From Candidatus Merdivicinus intestinigallinarum (GTDB lineage Bacteria > Bacillota > Clostridia > Oscillospirales > Ruminococcaceae), in the NCBI GenBank assembly GCA_018713335.1, contig DVOW01000025.1, forward strand, positions 46,457-110,456: a stretch of DNA of 64,000 nucleotides, read 5' to 3'. The position numbers were made by a program, and so were the translations under genes. Positions 32,583 through 41,422 of the stretch are shown here, one piece after another. The notes beneath the pieces were generated by a model. It did no database searches and was not told the DNA's origin. It saw nothing but the letters and a program-made list of their open reading frames with translations. Position 1 is the first letter of the stretch. Every line of letters starts with the position of its first letter.

Positions 32583-33551
32583 ATGAATTGGGCGGAAATC
32601 AGCATTCAAACCACCACCGAGGGCATTGAGATCGTCAACGGCTTCCTCATGGCCCACGGCATCAACTGCGTCATGATCGAGGACGCCGAGGATTTCAAAA
32701 GCTTTTTGCAGGACACCACCATCCACTGGGATTATGTGGAGGAGGATTTGATGAAGCTGGCGGAGGCCCCCACCGTCATCAAATTCTACCTGCCGGACAA
32801 TCCCCAGGGCTATGAGACCCTGAACTTAGTGAAACGGGACCTGCCCCACTTGCAGGAAACCCAGGAAACCGACCTGGGGGCGCTTTCCCTTTCCATCGGC
32901 TATAAGGCCGAGGAGGACTGGGAAACCGCCTGGCAGAAATATTACCACCCCATTGAGGTCAGCGGTCGCCTGGCGGTAGTGCCGGAGTGGGAGGAATACG
33001 ACGCCCCCGAAAGCAAGATCGTCCTGCGGATGAACCCGGGCATGGCTTTCGGCAGCGGCAGCCACGACACCACCCAGCTTTGCCTGAAATTTTTGGACGG
33101 GTTGAACCTTTCCGGCCTGGATGTGCTGGACATGGGCTGCGGCAGCGGCATTCTGTCCATCGCCGCCCTGCTTTTGGGAGCCAGCTCTGTTTCCGCCGCG
33201 GACATTGACCAGTTGGCGGTGAAGATCGCCCACGAAAACGCCGCCTTAAACGGCTGCGACGACGGACGGCTCACCATCCGCTGCGGCAACGTCCTGGACG
33301 ACCCGGCCCTGGCCGATAAGATTGGGGAAAAGTCCTACGACGTCATTGTGGCCAACATTGTGGCCGACGTCATCAAAGCCATGGCTCCTCTCTTTGCCCG
33401 GTATCTGAAGGAGGACGGGACCTTAGTGGTTTCCGGCATCATCTCCGAACGGGCGGAGGAGGTCACCTCCCATCTGGAACAGCACGGCTTTGCCGTTGTG
33501 GAGCTGCGGGAGGAAAACGACTGGGCCGCGGCGGTGCTGAAGCGGGCGTAG
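32583..33551 (+). CDS. prmA: Ribosomal protein L11 methyltransferase
   Basis: AAAGGAGGG RBS; 322 aa. The PrmA pattern is MNWAEISIQTT..., FGSGSHDTTQLCL and VLDMGCGSGILSIAA. Confidence 0.9.
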   Translation: MNWAEISIQTTTEGIEIVNGFLMAHGINCVMIEDAEDFKSFLQDTTIHWDYVEEDLMKLAEAPTVIKFYLPDNPQGYETLNLVKRDLPHLQETQETDLGALSLSIGYKAEEDWETAWQKYYHPIEVSGRLAVVPEWEEYDAPESKIVLRMNPGMAFGSGSHDTTQLCLKFLDGLNLSGLDVLDMGCGSGILSIAALLLGASSVSAADIDQLAVKIAHENAALNGCDDGRLTIRCGNVLDDPALADKIGEKSYDVIVANIVADVIKAMAPLFARYLKEDGTLVVSGIISERAEEVTSHLEQHGFAVVELREENDWAAAVLKRA

Positions 33552-33563
33552 GAGGGACGGATC

Positions 33564-34991
33564 TTGCTGGAAAAGAACAAACCCCGAGAAAACTGGACGG
33601 GCAGGCAGGTGCGGATCAATTTTCAGCTGTTCGCCCACCGGAAGAAGTCCAAGCGGTTCGCCGCCTTTCTGGAGGAAAGCCGCGGCCGGACTTTTACGGC
33701 CGTTTTGGACATCGACAACAAGCTGGTTCAGATGTACGCGCTGAAAGAGGATGAAAGCGAACCCAAGTGGCTGTTCCAGCCGGAGGAACTGATTTTGGTG
33801 GAAGAGGACGGCGGCACTGAGCTGAAAGAAAAGCTCTCCGAAGTTTTTGCCTCCGGCCCCTATAAGGCGGTCATCAGCAAGCAGGCCCGGAAGGACGCGC
33901 CCTACCGGAAAATCGACCTGGAATGGAAGGGGGAAGCCTACCTGGTTTCCCAGTACACCCAAAAGCAGGTGTTCCATAAAAACCTTTCCCCCAAGGAAGC
34001 CGCGGATTTCTGCCAGTCGGTGCTGGGAACGGACTTTTTGCAGCTGAACGCCTGGGACAAAACGGGGGAATCCATGCTGCTGATTTCCAAAAAGGGGAAG
34101 GTTTCCTTTAAAAGGAAAAGCGGCCCCGCCAGCGCCCCCGCCCCCCAGGAATCCCACAACCGCCAAAAGCAGTACCTGATCCCTGAGGGGACAGTAGTGC
34201 CGCCCCTGGTGGACATGGGGGTCTTTACAGCGGAGGGCAAAGTGGTCCGCACCATGTACGACAAGTTCCGGCAGATCAACCGCTTTGTGGAATTGATCGA
34301 CGACGCGGTGGAGGCCCAGGAGCCGGAACGCTTGAACATCATCGACTTTGGCTGCGGCAAATCTTACCTGACCTTCATCCTCTACTATTATCTGACGGAG
34401 ATCAAGAAGATCCCGGCCCGGATCACCGGCCTGGACTTAAAGGCGGATGTCATTGAAAAGTGCAACGCCGCCGCCCAAAAGTACGGCTATGACGGACTGA
34501 CCTTTGAACTGGGGGACATCAACGGCTACGACTGCCCCTTTCCGGTGGACATGGTCATTACCCTCCACGCCCGCGATACCGCCACGGATTTCGCCCTGTT
34601 CAACGCCATCCAGTGGGACGCCCGGATGATTTTCTCCGTGCCCTGCTGCCAGCATGAGCTGAACGGGCAGATGGAGCCGGAACACCTTTCCATCCTGTCC
34701 CGGTACGGCATTTTGAAGGAACGCTTCGCCGCCCTGTCCACCGACGCCATCCGGGGCAACCTGCTGGAAGCCTGCGGCTACAAGACCCAGCTGCTGGAAT
34801 TTATCGACCTGGCCCACACCCCCAAAAACGTCTTGATCCGGGCGGTGAAAGCAAACGTCCCCGCGTCTTCCCGGAAAAAGGCCCTGGCGGAGGTGCAGGC
34901 CTTGACGGAAGAATTTCATTTCCGGCCCACTTTGTACGAACTGTTGAAAAGTGCAGGAAAAATCCAAACAGTTTCTTCACCCAACAGTTGA
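33564..34991 (+). CDS. Class I SAM-dependent methyltransferase with a long N-terminal domain
   Basis: TTG start 6 nt after GGAGGGA. The SAM motif I is IIDFGCGKSYLTF. 475 aa. Confidence 0.75.
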   Translation: MLEKNKPRENWTGRQVRINFQLFAHRKKSKRFAAFLEESRGRTFTAVLDIDNKLVQMYALKEDESEPKWLFQPEELILVEEDGGTELKEKLSEVFASGPYKAVISKQARKDAPYRKIDLEWKGEAYLVSQYTQKQVFHKNLSPKEAADFCQSVLGTDFLQLNAWDKTGESMLLISKKGKVSFKRKSGPASAPAPQESHNRQKQYLIPEGTVVPPLVDMGVFTAEGKVVRTMYDKFRQINRFVELIDDAVEAQEPERLNIIDFGCGKSYLTFILYYYLTEIKKIPARITGLDLKADVIEKCNAAAQKYGYDGLTFELGDINGYDCPFPVDMVITLHARDTATDFALFNAIQWDARMIFSVPCCQHELNGQMEPEHLSILSRYGILKERFAALSTDAIRGNLLEACGYKTQLLEFIDLAHTPKNVLIRAVKANVPASSRKKALAEVQALTEEFHFRPTLYELLKSAGKIQTVSSPNS

Positions 34992-35127
34992 ATCCGCCGC
35001 CTGTTCTTCAACCAACCGTTGAAAAGCGGGCGGTTTTCCAATTCAACGGATAGATGATTGCTTTTTCCCACCGGTTTCTGCTACTATGAAATTGTCCCGG
35101 GAACCATGAAAGAAAGGTCGTGCTGTT

Positions 35128-36147
35128 ATGGAGAACAATACTACCCAGATCCTCAAAAATAATTTGATCCTTCTGCGCCGGAACGCCCATCTCACTCAGG
35201 AGCAGTTTGCCGACAAGCTGGGGCTGTCCTTCCAGGCCGTAAGCAAATGGGAGAACGGTTTATCCTGTCCGGACATCGCCCTGCTGCCGGAAATCGCCAA
35301 GATCTACGGGATCAGTATGGACAAACTTTTCACGCCAATGGAACCGGAGGAGTTTTCCCGACAGGAACCAGATCCGGAAAGTCCTGAAGATTCTTGGGAA
35401 CAGACAGCGCGCGAAGCAGAAGCGCGGGAAGAAGCTCAGGAAGCCCGATGGGAACAGAAAGCGCGGGAAGAGGAAGCGAAGCAGGCCCTGCGGGAACAGA
35501 AACAGCGGGAAGCAGAAGCGCGGGAGGCCCTGCGGGAACAGAAGATACGGGAAGCGGAGGAGCTTTCCCAAACAGAAGGACCGGCCCAGGATGACGCGCC
35601 GAAGGAACCGGAACAGCCCTTCGATCCGTTTTCTTCCGGGGATTTTGAGGCTTCCCTGGGCCAGTATGTGAACCAGATCGTGAAGCAGGCTATGGAAAGA
35701 ACGTCAGCCAGACTTCAAAAAATGCCTTTCAATAAGGATTTCCATTTTGACCCGGCCTCCCATCCAAAATTTGAAAAGGCCGAAAGCGTCCGAGTGGACG
35801 GCCTGCCTTGGGCCGACGACGGCGTTTACCGGGCAGTTCTCTTCAAAGGGACAAAGCTGGTGACACCGCCGGCGGAAAACGGCGGGACCTTGGCGGTGGA
35901 CGAACTGGAGGGGGATCTGCTTTCCGCTTTTTCGGTTACCTGCGATACTGTTGAGGGGGACGTCCGCTGTGTGCTGGGGAGCCTTACCTGTGACGAAATC
36001 GATGGGGATGTCACATACTGCACAACGGTCAATGCAGATGAAATTGCAGGGGACGTGCGCCAGTGCTCTACCATAAACTGTGACGAGATCTGCGGGGATG
36101 CGGTCCAGTGTACCAATGTATACTGCGATGAAATCAATGTGGACTGA
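35128..36147 (+). CDS. XRE-HTH protein with a charged coiled-coil repeat region and a C-terminal Cys-rich bactofilin-like repeat domain
   Basis: The N-terminal HTH is LTQEQFADKLGLSFQAVSKWENG. The REAEAREE-type repeats span roughly residues 90-150. At the C-terminus there are 4-5 units of about 14-15 aa with C-D-E-I-x-G-D-V (LTCDEIDGDVTYC, VNADEIAGDVRQC, INCDEICGDAVQC, VYCDEINVD). Confidence 0.75.
   Translation: MENNTTQILKNNLILLRRNAHLTQEQFADKLGLSFQAVSKWENGLSCPDIALLPEIAKIYGISMDKLFTPMEPEEFSRQEPDPESPEDSWEQTAREAEAREEAQEARWEQKAREEEAKQALREQKQREAEAREALREQKIREAEELSQTEGPAQDDAPKEPEQPFDPFSSGDFEASLGQYVNQIVKQAMERTSARLQKMPFNKDFHFDPASHPKFEKAESVRVDGLPWADDGVYRAVLFKGTKLVTPPAENGGTLAVDELEGDLLSAFSVTCDTVEGDVRCVLGSLTCDEIDGDVTYCTTVNADEIAGDVRQCSTINCDEICGDAVQCTNVYCDEINVD
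35395..35570 (+). repeat. Imperfect in-frame tandem repeat (units of 54, 42, 42 and ~36 nt)
   Basis: Units begin at 35395, 35449, 35491 and 35533, each starting (T/C)GGGAACAGA. They encode (W)EQ-K/T-x-REAEAREA(L)R. Confidence 0.7.
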
Positions 36148-36264
36148 CTGTTTAAAACGGAACCTTTGAAATCCTGCAAGGATAAATGTTCAATGCGGCC
36201 CCTGCTTTTTTGGGATAGGATTAAAAGTAAAGGACTGCATTCGATTTTCAAAGGACGTGAAAAT

Positions 36265-37290
36265 ATGGCACTGGAAGAAAACTATAAGCCGTTGACCCGG
36301 GAGGAGCTGACCCAGGTAATTGACCGCAAAGGCCGGGCCAGAAGGCTCCCCATGCTTTACAACATGTGGATCAATCCCTGGATTTACGGGGAGAAATCCA
36401 ACGACTTCAATGACTTGCTGCAAAAATACCCCTATGATATGGAAACCGTGGGCATCAACATGCCGCCGGTTTTCCGGGACGATCCCAACAGCGATTATTC
36501 CTGGGTGAAAAAATCCCCGCCCCCTCTGGAAACTTTGGGCTACGACAACCGCATCGCCATCGAGGAGTGGGACGAGTTCGACGAAATGCTGCCGGACCTG
36601 CCCCGTTGGGACGACCCGCGGCTCATGACCCCGGCCCCGGAACCCGGCGAAAAATACCGCCTGGGCGTGTGGTGGTACTGCTTCTTTGAACGGCTCTGGT
36701 CTTTGCGGGGTATGGAAAACGCCCTGACCGATTTCTACCTGGAGCCGGAACGGGTGCATCAGCTCTTTGAGTGGCTCACCGAGTTTTACTGCAAGATGAT
36801 GGAACGGGCCAAAAAAGAGCTGAAGCTGGACGGCATCTTCGTTTCCGACGACATCGGCACTCAGACCGGCCCCTTCTTCTCTGTTGAAGTGTTCCGGGAA
36901 TTTTTCAAGCCCTATTACGCCCGGCTCATTGAGAAGGCCCACTCTCTGGGGATGCATTTCTGGCTCCACAGCTGCGGCAATATCGAGGCGTTCCTGCCGG
37001 ACTTTGTGGAGATCGGCCTGGACGTGCTGCACCCCATCCAGAAAGGGACCATGGACGCGGCAGAGATCAACGAGAAATTCGGCGGCAAGATCTGCATCTT
37101 GGCCGGCATCGACGTGCAGCATACCATGGCCTTCGGCGATGAGCAGGAAGTCAAGGATGAACTGCACCGCTTGGTAAGCGCTTTTGACCGGCCGGAAGGC
37201 GGACTCATGCTGACCTTCGGCAATGGCAACACCCCGGACTGGTGTTACGACAATTTGAAAACTCTGCTGGAAGGATCCTTTGCCCTTTGA
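36265..37290 (+). CDS. URO-D/MtaA-family protein, paralog 1 (retains the H-x-C-G motif)
   Basis: The start is moved to the ATG at 36265 (MALEENYK...). 341 aa. The URO-D-like C-terminal half is IFVSDDIGTQTGPFFS...FWLHSCGNIEAFLPDFVEIGLDVLHPIQ. Confidence 0.8.
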   Translation: MALEENYKPLTREELTQVIDRKGRARRLPMLYNMWINPWIYGEKSNDFNDLLQKYPYDMETVGINMPPVFRDDPNSDYSWVKKSPPPLETLGYDNRIAIEEWDEFDEMLPDLPRWDDPRLMTPAPEPGEKYRLGVWWYCFFERLWSLRGMENALTDFYLEPERVHQLFEWLTEFYCKMMERAKKELKLDGIFVSDDIGTQTGPFFSVEVFREFFKPYYARLIEKAHSLGMHFWLHSCGNIEAFLPDFVEIGLDVLHPIQKGTMDAAEINEKFGGKICILAGIDVQHTMAFGDEQEVKDELHRLVSAFDRPEGGLMLTFGNGNTPDWCYDNLKTLLEGSFAL

Positions 37291-37359
37291 TTTTTCCAGA
37301 AGCAAGAAAAATCCCGCACAGGCTTGCCGCCTGGGCGGGATTTGCGTGTTTCCGGGGAT

Positions 37360-38412
37360 TTAAGAGAAATAGAAGGCGTATTTTTCCATGGCGTCCATGA
37401 CCGCCGCGGCGTTTTCAATGGGGGTGCCGGGATACAGGCCGTAGATCATGCAGAGGCCCCCCTGTTTGCTGCCCAGGGCTTCCACCTCGGAACGGATGAG
37501 CCGGTCGATGTCCTTGGGCGTGCCGTTGACCGTCACCGACTGCCGGTCGATGTCCAGCTCGATGCAGTGCTTGCCCGCCACCTTCTCCTTGATCCAGTCG
37601 ATGCCGTTGACCAGGTCCTGCAAGTTGATAATGTCCACGCCCACGCTTAAAATGCCGTCCAGAAGCTGGTGCAGGTCGCCGTCGGAGTGCATGTGGATGA
37701 GGGCGCCGGATTCCCGGGCCGGTTTGATGAGCCGCCGGTAGCTGGGCAGGATGTATTTTTCAAACTGATCCGGCGAAAGCATGGGGCCTTTCTGCATCCC
37801 CAAATCCTCGGCGTAGCCCATCATGTCCACGCCCAGGGCGCAGTAGCGGGTGATGAGCCCCATGTTGAACTGCTCCACCATGTCGATGAGCTCCCAAAGC
37901 CGGGGTTCCTCGTCCGCCATGTCAAAAAGCAGGTTTTCATAGCCCCGGATGTCGCAGAGCTGCAAAAAGGTGTGGCCGTGGCGAAGGCCCCGGGATACAA
38001 GATCCCCCCGTTCCCTGGCCGCCGCGATGGCTTCAGCTTCCGCGGCCCAGTCCATTGGACCGATGCCCGTGACCTTTTCCGGGTCCGGCGGCAGATAGGT
38101 TTTGAAGTTCTCCCAGTCCGCCAGAGGGTGGCCGGTGACCGTGCCGGTGATGCCGTCCCGGGTGGTTTCCCAAACGCAGCCCCAGTCGTCCCGGTACGGC
38201 TGGCCTTTGCGGGCCACCGGGTGGAAGTCCAGTTCCATGGGCGTTTTGGGCCGCTTGAAATCAGGGAACAGGAAGGGGTGGGCTTCCATTAAGTCCAACA
38301 GCTGTTCCTGGGGGTAGGCGTTCCAGCAAGCGCCGTTGATGCAGTAGCTCATGGGGATATAGTCCGGCCTTTCAAAGCGGGCCATGCGCAGGTAGTTTTC
38401 CCGAAAGGTCAT
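37360..38412 (-). CDS. URO-D/MtaA-family protein, paralog 2 (H-S-D-G variant)
   Basis: The real start is the ATG at 38412 (MTFRENYL...) after AAGGAGCG. The rest of the 666-aa track ORF is antisense to the AraC gene. Key segment: YAEDLGMQKGPMLS...LIHMHSDGDLHQLLDGILSVGVDIINLQD. Confidence 0.8.
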   Translation of the reverse strand: MTFRENYLRMARFERPDYIPMSYCINGACWNAYPQEQLLDLMEAHPFLFPDFKRPKTPMELDFHPVARKGQPYRDDWGCVWETTRDGITGTVTGHPLADWENFKTYLPPDPEKVTGIGPMDWAAEAEAIAAARERGDLVSRGLRHGHTFLQLCDIRGYENLLFDMADEEPRLWELIDMVEQFNMGLITRYCALGVDMMGYAEDLGMQKGPMLSPDQFEKYILPSYRRLIKPARESGALIHMHSDGDLHQLLDGILSVGVDIINLQDLVNGIDWIKEKVAGKHCIELDIDRQSVTVNGTPKDIDRLIRSEVEALGSKQGGLCMIYGLYPGTPIENAAAVMDAMEKYAFYFS

Positions 38413-38556
38413 AATTTTCGCTCCTTTGCCTTGATTTCCTTTATTGTACCAATTTTTTGCGCTCCCTGTCTTGCGGAAAAATAGGATGGTACGATGTTGT
38501 ACATCTGGATTTTTTCTGGACAATATGGTATCCTGTAAGGGAAGGAGGGGAGAGGT

Positions 38557-39432
38557 ATGAAGGAACACCCGCAGGCCCCCAACAGGCAGACCATTGAATT
38601 TGAGGAACTGGGCATCCCCCACCTGCTCCGGCTGGGGAAGGTGGAGTTTGCCGCCAACACCCAGTCGGCCCTGGAGCCCCACATCCACCCCAACCAGTTT
38701 GAGATCTGTTACCATTACGACGGCAGCCAGCATTACGAGGTGGAGGGGCAGGGCTTTGAAACCGCCAGCGGCGATCTGTTCCTCACCTATCCCAACGAGC
38801 TCCACGGCTCCGGCGGCAGCGGCGAGGAAAAATCCAAGCTCTTTTACCTGATTTTTGAGCTGATGCCGGATACCAGGGGATTTATGGGCCTGGAACCGGA
38901 GCTGTCGGATGATATCCGGGATACCCTTTACGCCAGCCGGAGGCGGCAGCTCCGCGGGGTCCCCCTTTTCCGGGAAGCCCTGCAGCGGGTTTTTGAATTG
39001 TATGAAACAGAGGGCCCCTTCCGCAAAGTCCGGGTTTTCGGGGCAATGGTGGAATTTTTTTACCTGCTGACGAAAACCCTCCGGCAAACTCCCTCCCGAC
39101 AGGCGGTTTCCCCGGATATTGCCCGGGTTTTGGAGCTGATCGAGTCCGGCGTTTCCCAAAAACTGACGGTGCAGGATATGGCGGACGCCGCCTGCCTGTC
39201 CGTTTCCCATTTCAAGCGGAAATTCAAGGCGGAAACAGGCCTGTCCCCCTACGACTGCCTGCTGCGGCAGAAAATCTCCCTGGCCAAGGAGATGCTGCGC
39301 CACACCCGGCTTTCCATGGCGGAGATTGCCTATGAGCTGGGATTTTCCTCCTCCCAGCATTTTGCGGATATTTTCAAGCAGTATGCAGGCCAGACCCCTT
39401 CGGAATACCGCCGGGGCCGAAAATCCGTATAA
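38557..39432 (+). CDS. AraC-family transcriptional regulator (cupin sensor plus two HTH motifs)
   Basis: GGAAGGAGGGGAGAGG RBS. The C-terminus LTVQDMADAACLSVSHFKRKFKAETGLSPYDCLLRQKISLAKEML...IAYELGFSSSQHFADIFKQYAGQTPSEYR is canonical AraC. It is divergent from URO-D paralog 2. Confidence 0.9.
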   Translation: MKEHPQAPNRQTIEFEELGIPHLLRLGKVEFAANTQSALEPHIHPNQFEICYHYDGSQHYEVEGQGFETASGDLFLTYPNELHGSGGSGEEKSKLFYLIFELMPDTRGFMGLEPELSDDIRDTLYASRRRQLRGVPLFREALQRVFELYETEGPFRKVRVFGAMVEFFYLLTKTLRQTPSRQAVSPDIARVLELIESGVSQKLTVQDMADAACLSVSHFKRKFKAETGLSPYDCLLRQKISLAKEMLRHTRLSMAEIAYELGFSSSQHFADIFKQYAGQTPSEYRRGRKSV

Positions 39433-39568
39433 CTAAAAAATAAAATACGATTTGTATTGAAATAACAGGGCCGCAAGCTGAATTTGACAAAGTGCAAGGG
39501 GAATTTGATAGAAAAGATCCGGCTGCTCTGGTATCATAAAGCCATCAAAACACAAGGAGGGACCCCTC

Positions 39569-40423
39569 ATGACATTCGGAGAAAAACTTTATAAGCTGCG
39601 GAAGGAACAGAACCTTTCCCAGGAGGCCCTGGCGGAAAAAGTAAACGCCACCCGTCAGGCCGTGAGCCGCTGGGAAAATAACCAGGGTTTCCCGGAAACG
39701 GAAAAGCTTTTAATTTTAAGCAGCCTTTTTAACGTGAGCCTGGATTACTTATTGAAGGACACGCCGCCGGAAGGGGCCGAGGGCGCCCCTGCGGAAGAAG
39801 GCTATTACGCCAGCCGGGAAACCACCCTGGGTTATTTGGCCCACACCCAGAAAACCGCTGTGAAGATCGGGCTTTTTGTCCTCTGCTTTTTTGGGGCCGC
39901 CCTGCCCTTTATCCTGTTCCCCCAGGTAAACGAGAACGTCTGCGCCTTGGGCAGCATCGTTTTTATCGCCGCCGGGCTCGCCGGGGTCCTTTCCATGGCG
40001 TTTCAGACGGACCCATACCCGCAGATGGAAAAGGAACCCCTGTTTTTCGACCACCAGTTCCTGGAGGAGCTGAAGGCCCGGTACGGGGTTTTGCGGAAAC
40101 GGTATGTGTGGCTGTTTATTTTCGGGTTCCTGCTGATTTTCCTCGCCGGAGGCTTTGCCATTTTGTTCGACGATATTTTGGGAAAATTTTCCATGCTGTC
40201 GGAGCTGATTGCTTTGGTCTGTGTTTCCGGCTCCATATTCTGCTGGATTTTTTCCATCGGCATGATGTCGGCTTATGAGATTCTTTTGGAAAACCCCAAG
40301 CATATCGCCAGCCGCCGCAAATGGCAGCAGCCCGCCTACCGCCTGCTGGCCGGCGTGCTCATCGGCATTGGCGTCATTGTTTTCATCGTCCTTTATATTC
40401 TGTGGAAAATGAATATCCTATAA
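39569..40423 (+). CDS. XRE-HTH protein fused to a multi-pass membrane domain
   Basis: AAGGAGGGA RBS. The HTH segment is LSQEALAEKVNATRQAVSRWENNQGFP, followed by 5-6 hydrophobic helices. Confidence 0.75.
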   Translation: MTFGEKLYKLRKEQNLSQEALAEKVNATRQAVSRWENNQGFPETEKLLILSSLFNVSLDYLLKDTPPEGAEGAPAEEGYYASRETTLGYLAHTQKTAVKIGLFVLCFFGAALPFILFPQVNENVCALGSIVFIAAGLAGVLSMAFQTDPYPQMEKEPLFFDHQFLEELKARYGVLRKRYVWLFIFGFLLIFLAGGFAILFDDILGKFSMLSELIALVCVSGSIFCWIFSIGMMSAYEILLENPKHIASRRKWQQPAYRLLAGVLIGIGVIVFIVLYILWKMNIL

Positions 40424-40465
40424 GAAAAACGGCACCGCCTTTTGCGAGGCAAGCGCCGTTTTGTT

Positions 40466-41407
40466 TTAAATAGCCGTGCTTTTTTGTTCTTCAGGCGTGT
40501 AGTAAGCCAGCTTTTCGTACTCATCCAGCATAATATGGTAGTTTTCCAGGGGCATTCCAGCAAAAATGCAGTTGGAGGTGGAGAAAATGTACCTTCCGCC
40601 GGGTTTGCCGTTTTCAATGGCATACCGCACCGATTCCCGGATGATTTCCGGGTCGGAATCCTGAAGGGCCGCGGATTTTACGTTGCCCATTAAGATCAGC
40701 CGGTCGCCGTACTGGGCTTTCACCTGGGCGATGTCCATATGCCCCTGAGGGTCGATGGACTGGTAGCCGTCCAGCCCGGTGGAAACCAGCTGGTCTAAGA
40801 TCTTCCGCAGATCGCCGTCGGAATGGAGGATGGCTTTCAGGCCCAGATCGTGGATGGCCCCTACGATTTCCGTCAGATAGGGGGTCACAAACTCCGCAAA
40901 CATGGTGGGGCTGATAAACGGCCCTTCATTAAAGCCGTAGTCGCTGTTGATGCAGATAAATTCCGCGCCGGCGTCCGCCTGCTGCTTGGCCAGCTCAATA
41001 GAATCCCGGCATTTCCGCTTGGCTTCTTCATGCAGGTCTTCAGGATGCTCATATAGATCCACAACAAAATCCATGATCTTGTCCCCAGGGGGCATCCAGA
41101 AGGTCCCCATCCCATTGTAGGTAAATACCACGGCTTTCTGCTCGAACCGCCGGCGGGCAGCCGGAAGAAGGGGGAGGGAAACCGGCACAGCGGCCCAGTG
41201 ATAGCGGTCCGCGACTTTTTCCCACATATCCAGATAGGCCTGGGTCAGCCGTTCCTTTTCCGATTCAGACGCCTGGCCATAGCCGCTTAGATCCGGAAAA
41301 CCTTCTCCGAAGGCTTCCGCCGCAAGCTGGAAATCCAGCTCAAAGTGAGGCACCTTGTCGGGGATCTCTCCCGCCAACACCGCAAGCAGGCGTTCTCTTT
41401 CCGTCAT
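40466..41407 (-). CDS. URO-D/MtaA-family protein, paralog 3 (H-S-D-G variant)
   Basis: AGAGGAGGAA RBS; 313 aa. Key segment: ICINSDYGFNEGPFIS...AILHSDGDLRKILDQLVSTGLDGYQSIDP. Confidence 0.8.
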   Translation of the reverse strand: MTERERLLAVLAGEIPDKVPHFELDFQLAAEAFGEGFPDLSGYGQASESEKERLTQAYLDMWEKVADRYHWAAVPVSLPLLPAARRRFEQKAVVFTYNGMGTFWMPPGDKIMDFVVDLYEHPEDLHEEAKRKCRDSIELAKQQADAGAEFICINSDYGFNEGPFISPTMFAEFVTPYLTEIVGAIHDLGLKAILHSDGDLRKILDQLVSTGLDGYQSIDPQGHMDIAQVKAQYGDRLILMGNVKSAALQDSDPEIIRESVRYAIENGKPGGRYIFSTSNCIFAGMPLENYHIMLDEYEKLAYYTPEEQKSTAI

Positions 41408-41422
41408 GTTAATTCCTCCTCT

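Noticed and set aside
37360-39360. 666-aa track ORF.
   Set aside because: The N-terminal ~315 aa is antisense to the AraC regulator gene and is low-complexity. The URO-D-like domain starts at the RBS-preceded ATG at 38412.
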